NCBI GenBank assembly: GCA_965222375.1
Contig: CBDCTZ010000016.1
Coordinates: 224,001 to 288,000, forward strand
From: Polyangiaceae bacterium
GTDB taxonomy: Bacteria > Myxococcota_A > Polyangia > Polyangiales > Polyangiaceae
DNA length: 64,000 nucleotides
Direction of reading: 5' to 3'
The notes beneath the pieces are model-generated. The model searched no databases and had not been told where the DNA came from. It was given only the letters and a program-made list of their open reading frames with translations. The translations under genes were made by a program, and so were the position numbers. Shown piece after piece: positions 1 through 10,208 of the stretch. Numbering within the stretch: the first letter of the stretch is position 1; each line of letters opens with the position of its first letter.

Positions 1-292
1 CGTCGGCAACAACGGTTCCCTGAAAGCGAAGATCCTGTTCGTGCTCGCAGACTTGCGTGAGCGGCAGAAGTCGTTGGATGACGCTACGGACCGTTGGAAC
101 GCCTATCTGACCTTCGCCAAGCAGGCCCCGGGCGCGAAGACCTACCCTGCGTCTGCGGAAGACCGCAAGAAGCGGGTCGCGGTTTGGAAGAAGATGAAGG
201 CGGACTACGCGGCGGTGCGCAAACGCATCGAAAAGCGCCTCAAAGAAGTCGACGCCAAGGCGAAAAAGGACGCCAAGAAGAAGCGGCGCTAG
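1..292 (+). CDS. 3' end of a hypothetical helical (TPR-like) protein, truncated by the window edge
   Basis: Frame +2 is open from the window start to TAG at 290-292, with GC3-rich codons and a Lys-rich C-terminus. Confidence 0.6.
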   Translation, partial: VGNNGSLKAKILFVLADLRERQKSLDDATDRWNAYLTFAKQAPGAKTYPASAEDRKKRVAVWKKMKADYAAVRKRIEKRLKEVDAKAKKDAKKKRR

Positions 293-383
293 CGCAAGCG
301 GGCGCGAAAAGCGGCGCGAAAAGGTCGACGCAAGGCGAAAAAAGACGCCGGGCAGAAGCGGTGCTAGCGCAAGCGGACGCGAA
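248..383. repeat. Imperfect ~60-bp direct duplication of a convergent gene junction
   Basis: 248-308 GTCGACGCCAAGGCGAAAAAGGACGCCAAGAAGAAGCGGCGCTAGCGCAAGCGGGCGCGAA versus 324-383 GTCGACGCAAGGCGAAAAAAGACGCCGGGCAGAAGCGGTGCTAGCGCAAGCGGACGCGAA. Confidence 0.85.
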
Positions 384-3300
384 TCGTGGCGTTCAGTGCG
401 TCGTCGGCGCGCCGCGCGAACGAGACGAAGGCCGGATACTCGGCTGGTTGTACGCGACCCGCGGGAAGACTCAATCTGCGGCTGAGGGTGACGACCTTCC
501 CACGTGCGACGTCGCTGACCTGCACTTTCAGGTCCTTCTGCTTCACCGTTTGGGGCGCGGGAACGCTGGCCTTGGCGCCTCGGGGCAAGTGAATGCGCAG
601 GGTCACTTCTTGATGAGTCGTCTCGCCAATCAGCAAGGGGGTTTCCCGCGCTGGCAAAGTCGCCAACTGACTGATGCGCGGCGAAAACGGTGGCGCGATG
701 AGCATTTCACGCCCGGCCAACTGCGCGAAGCCGGACATGTTGGCCTTCATGCTCAACACGAGGGGCGCGTCCAAGTCGTCCCGCCCCTTGAACTCGAAAC
801 GATCGAGATGGGCGCCGCGCAAGGCGCGGCCCAGCAAGCGGGATTCTACGACATCACGCAGCTGCGCTTCCGACAGCTGCGCAATGGCAGCGCGGATGGC
901 CATCGCGTACTTGCCTGTGAAGCGCTGCGCGATGTCGAGCTTGGCGGAGCCGTCGGACTTGAGCTGAACGTCGCCATCGTAAATGACGCTGTCTTCGGTG
1001 CCGCTCACCGGCGTGGTCACGCGCTTGGGCTTCGGCTCGACCAACACATAGGCCGGCACGCCACGGATCTCCACGGGAACGTAGCCAAAGGGCGCGAACT
1101 TGCTTGCGAGTGTCAGCCAGACATGCCCCTTGTCCGTTGTGACTCGCAACAGCGGCTCGGAGAATTGACCGGCGCGCATCAGCTCAGTGGCGGGTTTCGG
1201 CGCGAGACGATTGCGGGCAACCGCGAAGACGGTTGGGATCCCCAGGGCGCGGCACAGCGTGCTGTAGCCCCGCCAGCGGTTCCCGTTCTTGCCCACGATG
1301 ACCCGGCGGCCGTCCGTCTCTTTGCCGTCCTCGACGTTCGCAAGCACCCAACGGTAGAGCTTGCGGGCACGGGCGTGTCGGGCCTTCTTGGGCAAGGGTT
1401 TCACGATCTTGCGTGCGATCCGAACGATGCGCGGATCGATCGGAGTCACGTCGGTCAGGTTGTCGCTGAGGTTGCGGAGACGGCTGTCGAGCTGCACGCC
1501 CCAGCCAAGACGTACGCTCGGTAGAAACTCCGTGATCGGTGCGGAACCGGGTTCTTGTGGCGCTGCCGGGCTCTCATCGACCCGCCAGCGGCGCAGCACC
1601 AAGCCTTCCATCTCCTTCACGGTGGGCTCTGGCACCTTGCCCCGCGTCTCGATGATCAAGGGCTTGTCCGAAGGCGTAATGAACACCAGTTCGCTTCGCG
1701 CGTATGCGATGTTCTCTTCCCGGAAGAACCAGTGCGGTCCCAAGTACTCGGTTCCGTCTGGGCTCTCGGAAGCGCGGGTCACCACGTGCTCGGTTTCCAG
1801 ATAGTCCCCTACTTCCAGATGGGGAAAGGTGACGGTGGGCTTGCCCGAGACAATCTCGGGCTCCAGCATGCGCCCGTCCTGCTTGATGACACGCATATGC
1901 AGCACGACGCCCGAGAGCCGGGGGTGCTCGGCGAGCTTGCTGATCGCCTCGGGGCTCTGGATGCGAATGACTTCGTGCTCCAGCATACGGCTGGAGCCAT
2001 TCGGGTGAACCCAGATCGCTGCGTAGTCCAGGACGCGGGCCGCAGTTCCAGGCAGATGCCGCTTGGATGCCTCGTACTGTCGGATCACTTCCAGGGCGTC
2101 GATCCGATAGGGCTCTAGCTGCGACGTGCCTTCCACGAGGTCCAGGGCGTCTTCGAGTTCCGCGGTGGGTGCCCCTTGCACGATGGCGTCGACGACGGCC
2201 TTGCGTAGGGATGCACGGTCGCCCTTTGCGAACTGCGCATCCGCCAAGGCCAGGCGGTGGGGGCCGCTTCTGGGCTTGGCTTTGAGCGCGGCTTCTAGCT
2301 TCTTCCAGATTTGCTTTCGGTTGCCCGCCCGGATCATCACGTCAGAGATCCGCTCGGCGAGATCTTTGCGTGCAGGTCGCCGCTTCTTCAGGCGCTTGAG
2401 TTCGCGCAGGGCTGCGTCGTAGTCGGTCCGTGCCAGGGCACGGGTCAGCTTGATTTCGCTTTCGGGGTTCAGCTTGAGGATGCGTTCAACCAGCTGGTCG
2501 GCGGACTCGAGCTTGCCCGTCGAGTCCATGACACCCACTGCGAGGGTGAGCGCCTCCTCGTCCTCGGGGAACCTCTCGATCAACTCGGTGGCAGTCTTCA
2601 GGTACTCCGCACTCCAACCCAGCTCTCCGTAGACTCGGGCAAGTGCCAGCCGCACCGCGGGCACCTGCGGGAATCGACGCGACAAGGCTTTGAGCGCCTT
2701 GACCGCCTCCGTGGGGCCAGCTCGCTCAGCTTCCCACATCGCCAGGGCCACGGCGGATTGCCAAAGCCCGGGATCGCGCTTCGCCGCCCGGGCGTGTAGC
2801 TCTCGGGAAAGGTCCGCGCGTTGGCTTCGGTCGAAGAGTGGATCCCGCTCGACGAAGCCTGCGCTCAAGCTGAGCACAGCGCCGGTTGCCCGCGCGGGCT
2901 CTTTCAGCAGGGGTTCCGAAAGCACCGTGGCCACATCCCCCTGTCCCTCCACGAAGGCGAGGTAGGCGGCCAAGAAGCGCTTCAAGTCACTGCCTGGGTT
3001 GCGTACTCGACCTTTGTCGACGTAGCGAACCAGGACGTTGGGCTCTCCGGTCACCCGGGGCGCAACGACGGAGTTTAGCCCGCTTGGGTCGTCACTCGCT
3101 TTCACCCGCGCGGGTCGACCATTCGGAGTCAAGACTCGGATCGACGTTTGTGGTTCCGCAAGCCTCACCAGCACGCGATGACGACCCTTGGGCAGCCACA
3201 CCTGCACGCCGAACTTGGGCCACACGCCCCACTTGCGCGGATTCCGATCGAGCACCTGCGTATCGTTCACCAGCACCGCCAAGGCGCCTTGAGCGGCAAT

Positions 3301-4137
3301 GAGGAGCTCTCGGTCGCCGTCGAGTTCGAGATAGGTCTCGGCGTAGTAGATCCCCCGCGCTCGGAACTCCTTTGCGCGAGCAAAGCAACCACGCTGTTCC
3401 ACATCGAGAATTTGTGGCACCACGGCGCGACCCGGATCCTTCGGAAAGCGAGTGGGCCACGGGCCCGGCGCCTCGGCCGCGAACCTGCGATAGCTGTCCG
3501 GCGCAGTTCCCCGCCCGAAGGGCCCCGCCAGGCGAATCGGAGCGACGCAGCCAAATGCTTCCTTGCTTTTGGCATCCAGATCGCCTGCGCCGGCGGAATA
3601 GGCCTCGTCAGCCCACCACTCGACCAGCTCGCCGCGCGCACGCCAGCCCAAGGAGACCGGATCGTGCATCACGTCGCGCACCAGCTTCTCGTGGCGCTTG
3701 TACAGGCCCGGTGCGTTGTGGCGCAGGACGACAGCTCGGTGAGCGGCAAACCAGCCGACCAAAGGAGCCAACTCCGAGTCGTCGCCTCGGGCGGCCTTTA
3801 CGGCCCGGAGGTAGTGCTCCGGCGCGGTTTTCAGCCGGCCGTGCAGCTCGTCATCGAGGGCACGGGCGAAATGGGCGAGGACGTCATTGTCTGCGTCCAG
3901 GTCATCCAGGCGCTTCCGAGCGTTGGTGGCAGCGCCCGGGTGGCCGCCGGGAGAGATGAGCTCTGCGAGCAACCAACGCCCGACTACATCTGGGTTCGAC
4001 GAGCTGCGGCCTGCGTGGCGCGCAGTTGAAAGCTCCGACCGGAACGCGTCAGCGCCGTGGCCAGCGCCGCAGCCCGGGCTGAGCGCACTCAGGCAGCATA
4101 GAACGAGGACGAAGCAAGCGCGGCCCAAGCCGGACAT
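364..4137 (-). CDS. Lipoprotein with TPR repeats and DUF3857/transglutaminase-like domains, catalytic Cys apparently lost
   Basis: 1257-aa ORF with signal peptide and lipobox-like Cys, TPR-like helices and a DUF3857-type motif (FPHLEVGDYLE). The transglutaminase position reads KNGNRWRG. Confidence 0.75.
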   Translation of the reverse strand: MSGLGRACFVLVLCCLSALSPGCGAGHGADAFRSELSTARHAGRSSSNPDVVGRWLLAELISPGGHPGAATNARKRLDDLDADNDVLAHFARALDDELHGRLKTAPEHYLRAVKAARGDDSELAPLVGWFAAHRAVVLRHNAPGLYKRHEKLVRDVMHDPVSLGWRARGELVEWWADEAYSAGAGDLDAKSKEAFGCVAPIRLAGPFGRGTAPDSYRRFAAEAPGPWPTRFPKDPGRAVVPQILDVEQRGCFARAKEFRARGIYYAETYLELDGDRELLIAAQGALAVLVNDTQVLDRNPRKWGVWPKFGVQVWLPKGRHRVLVRLAEPQTSIRVLTPNGRPARVKASDDPSGLNSVVAPRVTGEPNVLVRYVDKGRVRNPGSDLKRFLAAYLAFVEGQGDVATVLSEPLLKEPARATGAVLSLSAGFVERDPLFDRSQRADLSRELHARAAKRDPGLWQSAVALAMWEAERAGPTEAVKALKALSRRFPQVPAVRLALARVYGELGWSAEYLKTATELIERFPEDEEALTLAVGVMDSTGKLESADQLVERILKLNPESEIKLTRALARTDYDAALRELKRLKKRRPARKDLAERISDVMIRAGNRKQIWKKLEAALKAKPRSGPHRLALADAQFAKGDRASLRKAVVDAIVQGAPTAELEDALDLVEGTSQLEPYRIDALEVIRQYEASKRHLPGTAARVLDYAAIWVHPNGSSRMLEHEVIRIQSPEAISKLAEHPRLSGVVLHMRVIKQDGRMLEPEIVSGKPTVTFPHLEVGDYLETEHVVTRASESPDGTEYLGPHWFFREENIAYARSELVFITPSDKPLIIETRGKVPEPTVKEMEGLVLRRWRVDESPAAPQEPGSAPITEFLPSVRLGWGVQLDSRLRNLSDNLTDVTPIDPRIVRIARKIVKPLPKKARHARARKLYRWVLANVEDGKETDGRRVIVGKNGNRWRGYSTLCRALGIPTVFAVARNRLAPKPATELMRAGQFSEPLLRVTTDKGHVWLTLASKFAPFGYVPVEIRGVPAYVLVEPKPKRVTTPVSGTEDSVIYDGDVQLKSDGSAKLDIAQRFTGKYAMAIRAAIAQLSEAQLRDVVESRLLGRALRGAHLDRFEFKGRDDLDAPLVLSMKANMSGFAQLAGREMLIAPPFSPRISQLATLPARETPLLIGETTHQEVTLRIHLPRGAKASVPAPQTVKQKDLKVQVSDVARGKVVTLSRRLSLPAGRVQPAEYPAFVSFARRADDALNATIRVRLR

Positions 4138-4139
4138 CG

Positions 4140-7100
4140 CTACTTCCCCATCCCCAAGCGTGTGGCGAAGGCGCGATCCACCTCTGCACAGAACTGGCGG
4201 AACGCCGGATAGTCCTTGGGGCTGACCCGGGTGACCTTCAGGCTCAATTTTCCCGTGACTTTGACTTGAGTCGCAGTCTTTTCGACCTTCACGGAGGCGC
4301 TGCCAAAGCGGGAAGCGATGGACTTGTTTTCCGGCACGCTCAGCACTTTGTAACCGGCGGGTAGCCGCACCGTAGTCGTCTCATCCACCGTGGAGAAGCC
4401 TAGTATGCGTACGTCCTGACGACGTTTGGACAGGGATGCGTAGCGCGACGTGAGCCGCACGGCTGGGGTGACACTCGCGCTCAGCCGGTCTCCCTCGCGG
4501 CGGGCAAAGCTCGGCGCCGTACCCTTCACGGTCATCACCACAGGCTTGTTGTAGTCGCTCAGGTCGCTGACCTTGATGCCATCCTTGACCAGAGAAAAGC
4601 CGGGGTATTGCTGCCCCATGTCCCCCAGGATACGTTCTTTGCGGGTGGCTTCAGCGTTGTAGCGTCGCCGCCAAGCGGGCGCTTCTACTCCGCTGGTGGT
4701 ATGCACCAGTTCGAGTTTCGCGGACCCATCGGCGGCGACGACGGCCGTGCGCTCTCGCTTCAGAACGTTTCGCTTCGGGTCGCCGCCGGGCAGTCGCACC
4801 AACTTGCTGTCGCCGCGATTCACCAGGATACCTAGGGCGCCCAGGTCCATCTTGGGCAGGTCGCGAATGCCGGCATACTCAGCGGTTCCGTCGAGGTAGA
4901 GCTTCAACGACGGCACGTACACGATGGCGTGATCGAAGGGAGCGAGGCTGGCGACGGACGATCTGAAGCCACCGCGGAGCTGAGTTCGCAGAATCACGAT
5001 GGTCGACTTGATGCCCAGCTCCTCCAGCAGCGTGACGATGACCGTCGCCTTGTCTTTGCAGTCGCCCCATCCGCGCGCGATGGTTTGCACGCAACGCCTG
5101 GGCTTGAATCCGTAGATCCCGAATTCCAGCGCGACGTAGCGCGTGTTGTCGATGACCCAGTTGTAGACCGCCTTCACTTTGTCGACTTCGCTGGTCTTGC
5201 CCTTGGTGATCTCTCGAGCCAGCTTGCGAGTTCGGTCGTCCAAGTCGAATTGATCTTTGGAAAGCCCCCAATACCAGCGGCCCAGATCCTTCCAGCTGGA
5301 ATAGGTAGAAACATGAATAAATCCGAGCACTTCCGGCCACGGAGGCATGGCCGGTTCTGGCACGACGGGAGCGACGGATGCGGCGAAGAATCGGTACGTT
5401 CGCGTTTCCCCGCTCTCTTTCATTTCGCGTTTCAGCTTGGGTAGCTTGGTGTCGATGTACAGCTTGCGTTTCTTCGGGGTGATCAGGACGTATTCGGCGT
5501 TCTGCACCGGTTGGTCCGACTGCAGGTAAACGACTTCTCCGAAGTAGTCCGCGAACTCGTTGCGCGGCGTGACATCGTCAATGCGGTAACGAAGCTCCAC
5601 CACGTCGCCAGGCTCCAGCCGAGGCAGTTGTATGGTGAAGTTCCGAGCTGAGGTGTACATGCTAATCGACGGATTGTCGGCGGCGCTCTCCCCGTACTCG
5701 ATGGCTTCGTCCACGCGGCCGTCTCCGCGATATACTCGGGCCCCCCGTAGCTGAACCACTTGCCGATCGGCCTGGTACTGAAACGAATACTGCCTGAGGG
5801 TGGCGGCCGCCGCATCGCTCAGGGGCTGAAACACCACCTGCCGAAACTGACTGGACAGCCCGTTGGGGAATACCGTGGAGACGGTCAAGTCCCTGAGGGT
5901 GCGGCGGGTATTGCCCGCTGCGGGCGCGTGTCGAAAGCGCAGGAACTTCTTGGAACTCCAGGCGTAGACTTCGTCGGCGCGCGGTTTCTCCGGTTCGATG
6001 TGGGCGACGTATTCGCGCACGGCCTTGTCCTGAGGGCGGATCTTCAAGATGGCGCGGAGCAGCTTGAGCTGTTCATCTCGCTTGCCCAACTCCCCCATCA
6101 AATCCGACAGAGTCCGCAGGGTTCCGACGTCCTCTGGCGCCAGTTTCAAGGCGCGCCGGTAGGTCGCCACGGCTCGTTCTGGCTGACCGAAGGCGCGATA
6201 TGTACGCGCCGCCAAGCCCAGGGCCCACTGGCTGTCCGGGTCAGCCGAAAGGAGCCGGGCGACCCAACGTTCAGCGCTGGCTCGGTCTCGCCGCGCCACC
6301 GCCAGATCGATTTGCGCGCCGAGGTAGGTCCGGTCGTCGAAGCGCAGCGCAAAATAGCGAGCCTCCGCCTCGCGAGCCTCGGTTTCGTAGCCCAGTGAGC
6401 GCCGCTGCGTGGCGAGCATGTTCAGTACGCCCACAGACCATGGGTTGCGGTCGGCGGCGCGTTCGAGCGCCGCTAGGGCCGTGCGCTTCAGGCCCGCGGA
6501 ATTGTACAGCTCCGTGCGTGCACGAAGCGCGGGGAGGTGATCCGGATTGCGCGCTAGGACTTGGGCTAGGAGCTCCGTGGCCTTGCGCCAGCTCGGTCCA
6601 CCCAAGAGCAACTCGGCCCGGGCAAAGGTGACGTCCTCGTTGAAGCGGCCGGACTTCTTGGCCAGGGCTTCTGCGCGATCGATCCAGACCTTGCGTTGGT
6701 TGCGATCTTCCGACAACAGCCCCGCCAGGAGCTGTCGCTTCAGGGTCGGTTCTTGTTCCGCGGCTCGCAGGGCTAGGTCCCGCGCCCGGTGCTCCGTCGG
6801 ATCGTCCCCATCTGTGTCTACCAGGTAGCGTGCGAAGGCGTAGGCGCTGGCGGCGCGTTTGTCTTTGACCAAGGCGTCGAAGGCCTGCAGGGGGCCTCGC
6901 ACCCCTTGGGCTCGCGCCAGGGCCGGTTTCTTCTTGTTTTCCACGACGGTGCGTGCCGCGGCCTCGATGTCTTTGGCGCTGATACCAGCATCGATGTTTG
7001 GGTCTGGATTGCCCCTTGCATCGGCGACGCGCACGGAAATGACGGGCGGCGAATCGTTGCCACAGAGCTTGATGGTGAGATCGTTCTTGCCGGCTAGCAA

Positions 7101-7817
7101 GTTCACGGTCGCTGCCAACCGATCTGCATCGTGGTTTCGATAGGTGCTGTCTTCCAGAACTTGGTGACCGTTGAAGTAGACTCGTACCGCTCCGCCGGTA
7201 CCAACCCATAGGCTGATGGGGCGCGGACCCGTCCCCGCTTTCGGCGCGAGGGTCGTGCGCAAGATCCCACACACCTTGCGCTCCGGGCGCATCATCGAGC
7301 CCAGATCCACGAAGCCAAAGGGAAACGCGTCTGGGACCACGCGCCAGCGCACCGCGCGCTCCTTGCCGGAGTAGGCCCGACCAAAGACCACTGCCGAAGA
7401 CAGCTCGGTCTCGGGTCCAGAATCGGCCTTGAACCCGCCTTTGCCCTCGTTGTCGAAGGGACCAATGAGAAGCCAGCGTCGCAGGAAGCCAAGCTCGTCT
7501 AGTTGTCTTCGCGTCGCGGCGACGTCCCCCCGCCGCAGTCGCGCGTAGGCGCCCAGCAGCCGTGCGTAGGCCCTGCCAGGACCATCTAACTTCGGGCTGG
7601 TTTGAGCCCGACGTAGGGCGGCCTCGACATGAGTGGGATGAGCCCGGTCCCAGGTCATCCAGATCTGCCGCAGTCCCGAATAGACCTCCGGACCCTTGGC
7701 GGCATCCAGGGCACGCTCCGCCGCAACCAGATCCGGATGGAACAGCGCGTCCACGGCCCGGGTGTGCGGTGCAATCGCGACGACAAGTGCCAGGACCAGG
7801 AGCGCGAGCGACCTCAC
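4140..7817 (-). CDS. Secreted TPR / DUF3857 / transglutaminase-like protein
   Basis: 1225-aa ORF with signal peptide, TPRs, LEPGDVVE motif and an intact triad: RGWGDCKDKA, FDHAI, YLDGT. Confidence 0.85.
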   Translation of the reverse strand: MRSLALLVLALVVAIAPHTRAVDALFHPDLVAAERALDAAKGPEVYSGLRQIWMTWDRAHPTHVEAALRRAQTSPKLDGPGRAYARLLGAYARLRRGDVAATRRQLDELGFLRRWLLIGPFDNEGKGGFKADSGPETELSSAVVFGRAYSGKERAVRWRVVPDAFPFGFVDLGSMMRPERKVCGILRTTLAPKAGTGPRPISLWVGTGGAVRVYFNGHQVLEDSTYRNHDADRLAATVNLLAGKNDLTIKLCGNDSPPVISVRVADARGNPDPNIDAGISAKDIEAAARTVVENKKKPALARAQGVRGPLQAFDALVKDKRAASAYAFARYLVDTDGDDPTEHRARDLALRAAEQEPTLKRQLLAGLLSEDRNQRKVWIDRAEALAKKSGRFNEDVTFARAELLLGGPSWRKATELLAQVLARNPDHLPALRARTELYNSAGLKRTALAALERAADRNPWSVGVLNMLATQRRSLGYETEAREAEARYFALRFDDRTYLGAQIDLAVARRDRASAERWVARLLSADPDSQWALGLAARTYRAFGQPERAVATYRRALKLAPEDVGTLRTLSDLMGELGKRDEQLKLLRAILKIRPQDKAVREYVAHIEPEKPRADEVYAWSSKKFLRFRHAPAAGNTRRTLRDLTVSTVFPNGLSSQFRQVVFQPLSDAAAATLRQYSFQYQADRQVVQLRGARVYRGDGRVDEAIEYGESAADNPSISMYTSARNFTIQLPRLEPGDVVELRYRIDDVTPRNEFADYFGEVVYLQSDQPVQNAEYVLITPKKRKLYIDTKLPKLKREMKESGETRTYRFFAASVAPVVPEPAMPPWPEVLGFIHVSTYSSWKDLGRWYWGLSKDQFDLDDRTRKLAREITKGKTSEVDKVKAVYNWVIDNTRYVALEFGIYGFKPRRCVQTIARGWGDCKDKATVIVTLLEELGIKSTIVILRTQLRGGFRSSVASLAPFDHAIVYVPSLKLYLDGTAEYAGIRDLPKMDLGALGILVNRGDSKLVRLPGGDPKRNVLKRERTAVVAADGSAKLELVHTTSGVEAPAWRRRYNAEATRKERILGDMGQQYPGFSLVKDGIKVSDLSDYNKPVVMTVKGTAPSFARREGDRLSASVTPAVRLTSRYASLSKRRQDVRILGFSTVDETTTVRLPAGYKVLSVPENKSIASRFGSASVKVEKTATQVKVTGKLSLKVTRVSPKDYPAFRQFCAEVDRAFATRLGMGK

Positions 7818-7895
7818 GGCCCCGGATTACTAGCGGGGCAGAGTGCACGCAAGGCGAGGGAAGAATCTCTGGCCCAGCTCGTATTAGGGCGCGCG

Positions 7896-8084
7896 ATGCA
7901 GACAACGGCCACACCAGCTCAGACCCATACCAACCTCGTCGTGCTGGCATTGTCCGGAGGGGCGGGGCTCCTGACCGCGACTTCCCTGGAGCTTTCCAGC
8001 GGCGGGGCCATTTTGACCGGCTTCGGAGCCGCCTTGCTCGTCATGTTGATCGCGGGCTGGGTCAGCCACCTCAAGTTCAGCTGA
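7896..8084 (+). CDS. Small two-TM membrane protein (62 aa)
   Basis: ATG at 7896 and two hydrophobic segments; fills the gap before mglB. Confidence 0.5.
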   Translation: MQTTATPAQTHTNLVVLALSGGAGLLTATSLELSSGGAILTGFGAALLVMLIAGWVSHLKFS

Positions 8085-8307
8085 GACCCCTGCGTGTGGG
8101 TTCAGGTAGGCTGGTTTCCGCCTGCCCTGACCCCAGGCGAATACCCGGGGTGGTGGCCTTGTGGATGGAGCATTCCTGTCACGATCCCAAACCCGCGCTT
8201 GCTGGGTCGAGTGGGGTCATATAGAAGGGTTCTCCTAGCTAGATGGGCTCGCGCTCGACGATGAATCGGTGGGCAGGTTGCCGACGTCGAGCACCTCGGA
8301 GGTACGA

Positions 8308-8790
8308 ATGGTCAACCCGCAGATGGTGATGTACGAAGAGGAGTTCAACCAGATCCAGACGGTCGTGGACCGCTTGGTGAAGGAAGCGAACGCCAAGGTC
8401 GTATTCATCGTCGATAAAAATGGTCAGCTCATCGCCGCAAGCGGTGAGATCGACAATCTAGACACGACGTCGCTGGCGTCCCTCACCGCGGGCAACATCG
8501 CCGCGACCGGGGGTATTGCCAAGTTGCTTCGCGAGCAGGAGTTCGCAGCCCAGTTTCACGAAGGGCAGAACGCGAACATCCACATTCAGCTCGTCGGCAA
8601 TCGGGTGATCTTGGTCGTCATCTTCGACGCGAAGTCCAGTCTCGGTTTGGTTCGATTGCGAGTTCGCAAAGCGACTGAAGAGCTGAACCGCATATTCGAG
8701 GCGCTGCTGTCGAAGGTACAAGAGCCCGGGTCGGACTCGCCCTTCGCCGAGATCACCGACGAGGATATCGACAACCTGTTCAATGATTGA
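8308..8790 (+). CDS. mglB: Roadblock/LC7 GTPase-activating protein MglB
   Basis: GGAGG SD before ATG 8308; VMYEEEF, DTTSLASLTAGN and SPFAEITDEDIDNLF match myxobacterial MglB; directly upstream of mglA. Confidence 0.95.
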   Translation: MVNPQMVMYEEEFNQIQTVVDRLVKEANAKVVFIVDKNGQLIAASGEIDNLDTTSLASLTAGNIAATGGIAKLLREQEFAAQFHEGQNANIHIQLVGNRVILVVIFDAKSSLGLVRLRVRKATEELNRIFEALLSKVQEPGSDSPFAEITDEDIDNLFND

Positions 8791-8802
8791 GGCTGCCGAG
8801 CG

Positions 8803-9390
8803 ATGAGCTTCATCAACTACATGGCTCGGGAGATCAATTGTAAGATCGTCTACTACGGGCCCGGCCTGTGCGGGAAAACGACGAATCTGCAATACATCTA
8901 CGAGCGCACGAATCCCGACGCGAAAGGCAAGATGATCAGCCTCGCGACGGAGACCGAGCGCACCCTCTTCTTCGACTTCCTGCCCCTCAGCCTGGGCGAG
9001 ATCCGCGGCTTCAAGACGCGGTTTCACCTCTATACGGTGCCCGGCCAGGTGTTCTACGACGCCAGCCGAAAGCTGATCCTCAAAGGCGTGGACGGCATCA
9101 TCTTCTGCGCTGATTCACAGATTGAGCGCTTGGAGGCCAACCAAGAGAGCATGGATAACCTGCGCACCAACCTCGCGGAGCAGGGCTATTCGCTGGAGAA
9201 GATCCCCTTCGTCATTCAGTACAACAAGCGGGATTTGCCGAACGTCGTACCGGTGGAAGAGTTGCGGGAGCTGCTCAACCCCATGCACGTGCCGGACTTC
9301 GAAGCGAACGCGCGCTCCGGCATGGGTGTTTTCGACACCTTGAAAGCGGTGAGCAAGCTAGTGCTCACCGAGCTCAAACGCGGCGGTTGA
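8803..9390 (+). CDS. mglA: Gliding-motility small GTPase MglA
   Basis: MSFINY...[24 protein letters not shown] and NKRD motifs; 195 aa. Confidence 0.97.
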   Translation: MSFINYMAREINCKIVYYGPGLCGKTTNLQYIYERTNPDAKGKMISLATETERTLFFDFLPLSLGEIRGFKTRFHLYTVPGQVFYDASRKLILKGVDGIIFCADSQIERLEANQESMDNLRTNLAEQGYSLEKIPFVIQYNKRDLPNVVPVEELRELLNPMHVPDFEANARSGMGVFDTLKAVSKLVLTELKRGG

Positions 9391-10205
9391 GCCTCCGGTC
9401 CCAGCGACTTCGAACGCGGCCGTTGGTTTCCTGGTCTCTGCGTCGCCGACTTCAAGTGCCGCGATTGGCGTTTGGGTCGTTGACGTGCTGGTGGGCCCCG
9501 CTGGCACTGGCAGCCTGTAGCTGCGACAAGGACCCGCCCAAGGCGGCGCCAGTACCCGCCGCATCGGCATCAGCTACGACGGCGACCTATTGCCAGCCGA
9601 AACTGCTACCCGCCATGCCCCGAGTCGACTGGCAGGGCATCCGCGGTACGGTGACGAAAGTATCGCCCGCTCGAAAGGACGGTGACTGTCGCATCTACGA
9701 GGCGCAGGTTGCCCCCAAGGACTTCACCTGCGCGGCGAATTTCGTGTCGGGGGATGTGGATGGTTCCGTCGGCCCCAAAGATGCCAAACCCCAGAGCATC
9801 CGACTGGTTTTGCCTTCGGCGGTGAAGCTACCTATCCGGGAGGGGCAAGACGTCTGCGCCAGGTACGAATGGGTCGATGAACGCGCGCACCGCATCTGGG
9901 ATTCGGTTGTGGTGGCGCGGGACGGTCGCTTGCTGATGCTCGCCTTGGAAAACGGCGCCCTCGAGGTGGGGGGATTCCGGGTCAGGAATGGCATCGCGGA
10001 TCACGCTGACCCAGCCATGGAGTATCACCGCATGGTCGCCGAGCACCCGGGGGGGTCGACGGAGCTGCGCCCGAAGAAGCCCGCGACCAAGCGCATCGAC
10101 GGTGCGCGCTTTTTCCTCGTCAGCAGTGCCTTCAAGCGGCGTATTCCGGCGCCGGGAACGCGAGAGCGCGGGTTTTCCTTCGCCGCAATCCGGCTCGACC
10201 CCTGA
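9387..10205 (+). CDS. Hypothetical lipoprotein (true start probably downstream)
   Basis: Lipobox-like LAACSC followed by a Pro/Ala linker and a globular domain. Confidence 0.55.
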   Translation: MSLRSQRLRTRPLVSWSLRRRLQVPRLAFGSLTCWWAPLALAACSCDKDPPKAAPVPAASASATTATYCQPKLLPAMPRVDWQGIRGTVTKVSPARKDGDCRIYEAQVAPKDFTCAANFVSGDVDGSVGPKDAKPQSIRLVLPSAVKLPIREGQDVCARYEWVDERAHRIWDSVVVARDGRLLMLALENGALEVGGFRVRNGIADHADPAMEYHRMVAEHPGGSTELRPKKPATKRIDGARFFLVSSAFKRRIPAPGTRERGFSFAAIRLDP

Positions 10206-10208
10206 GCT

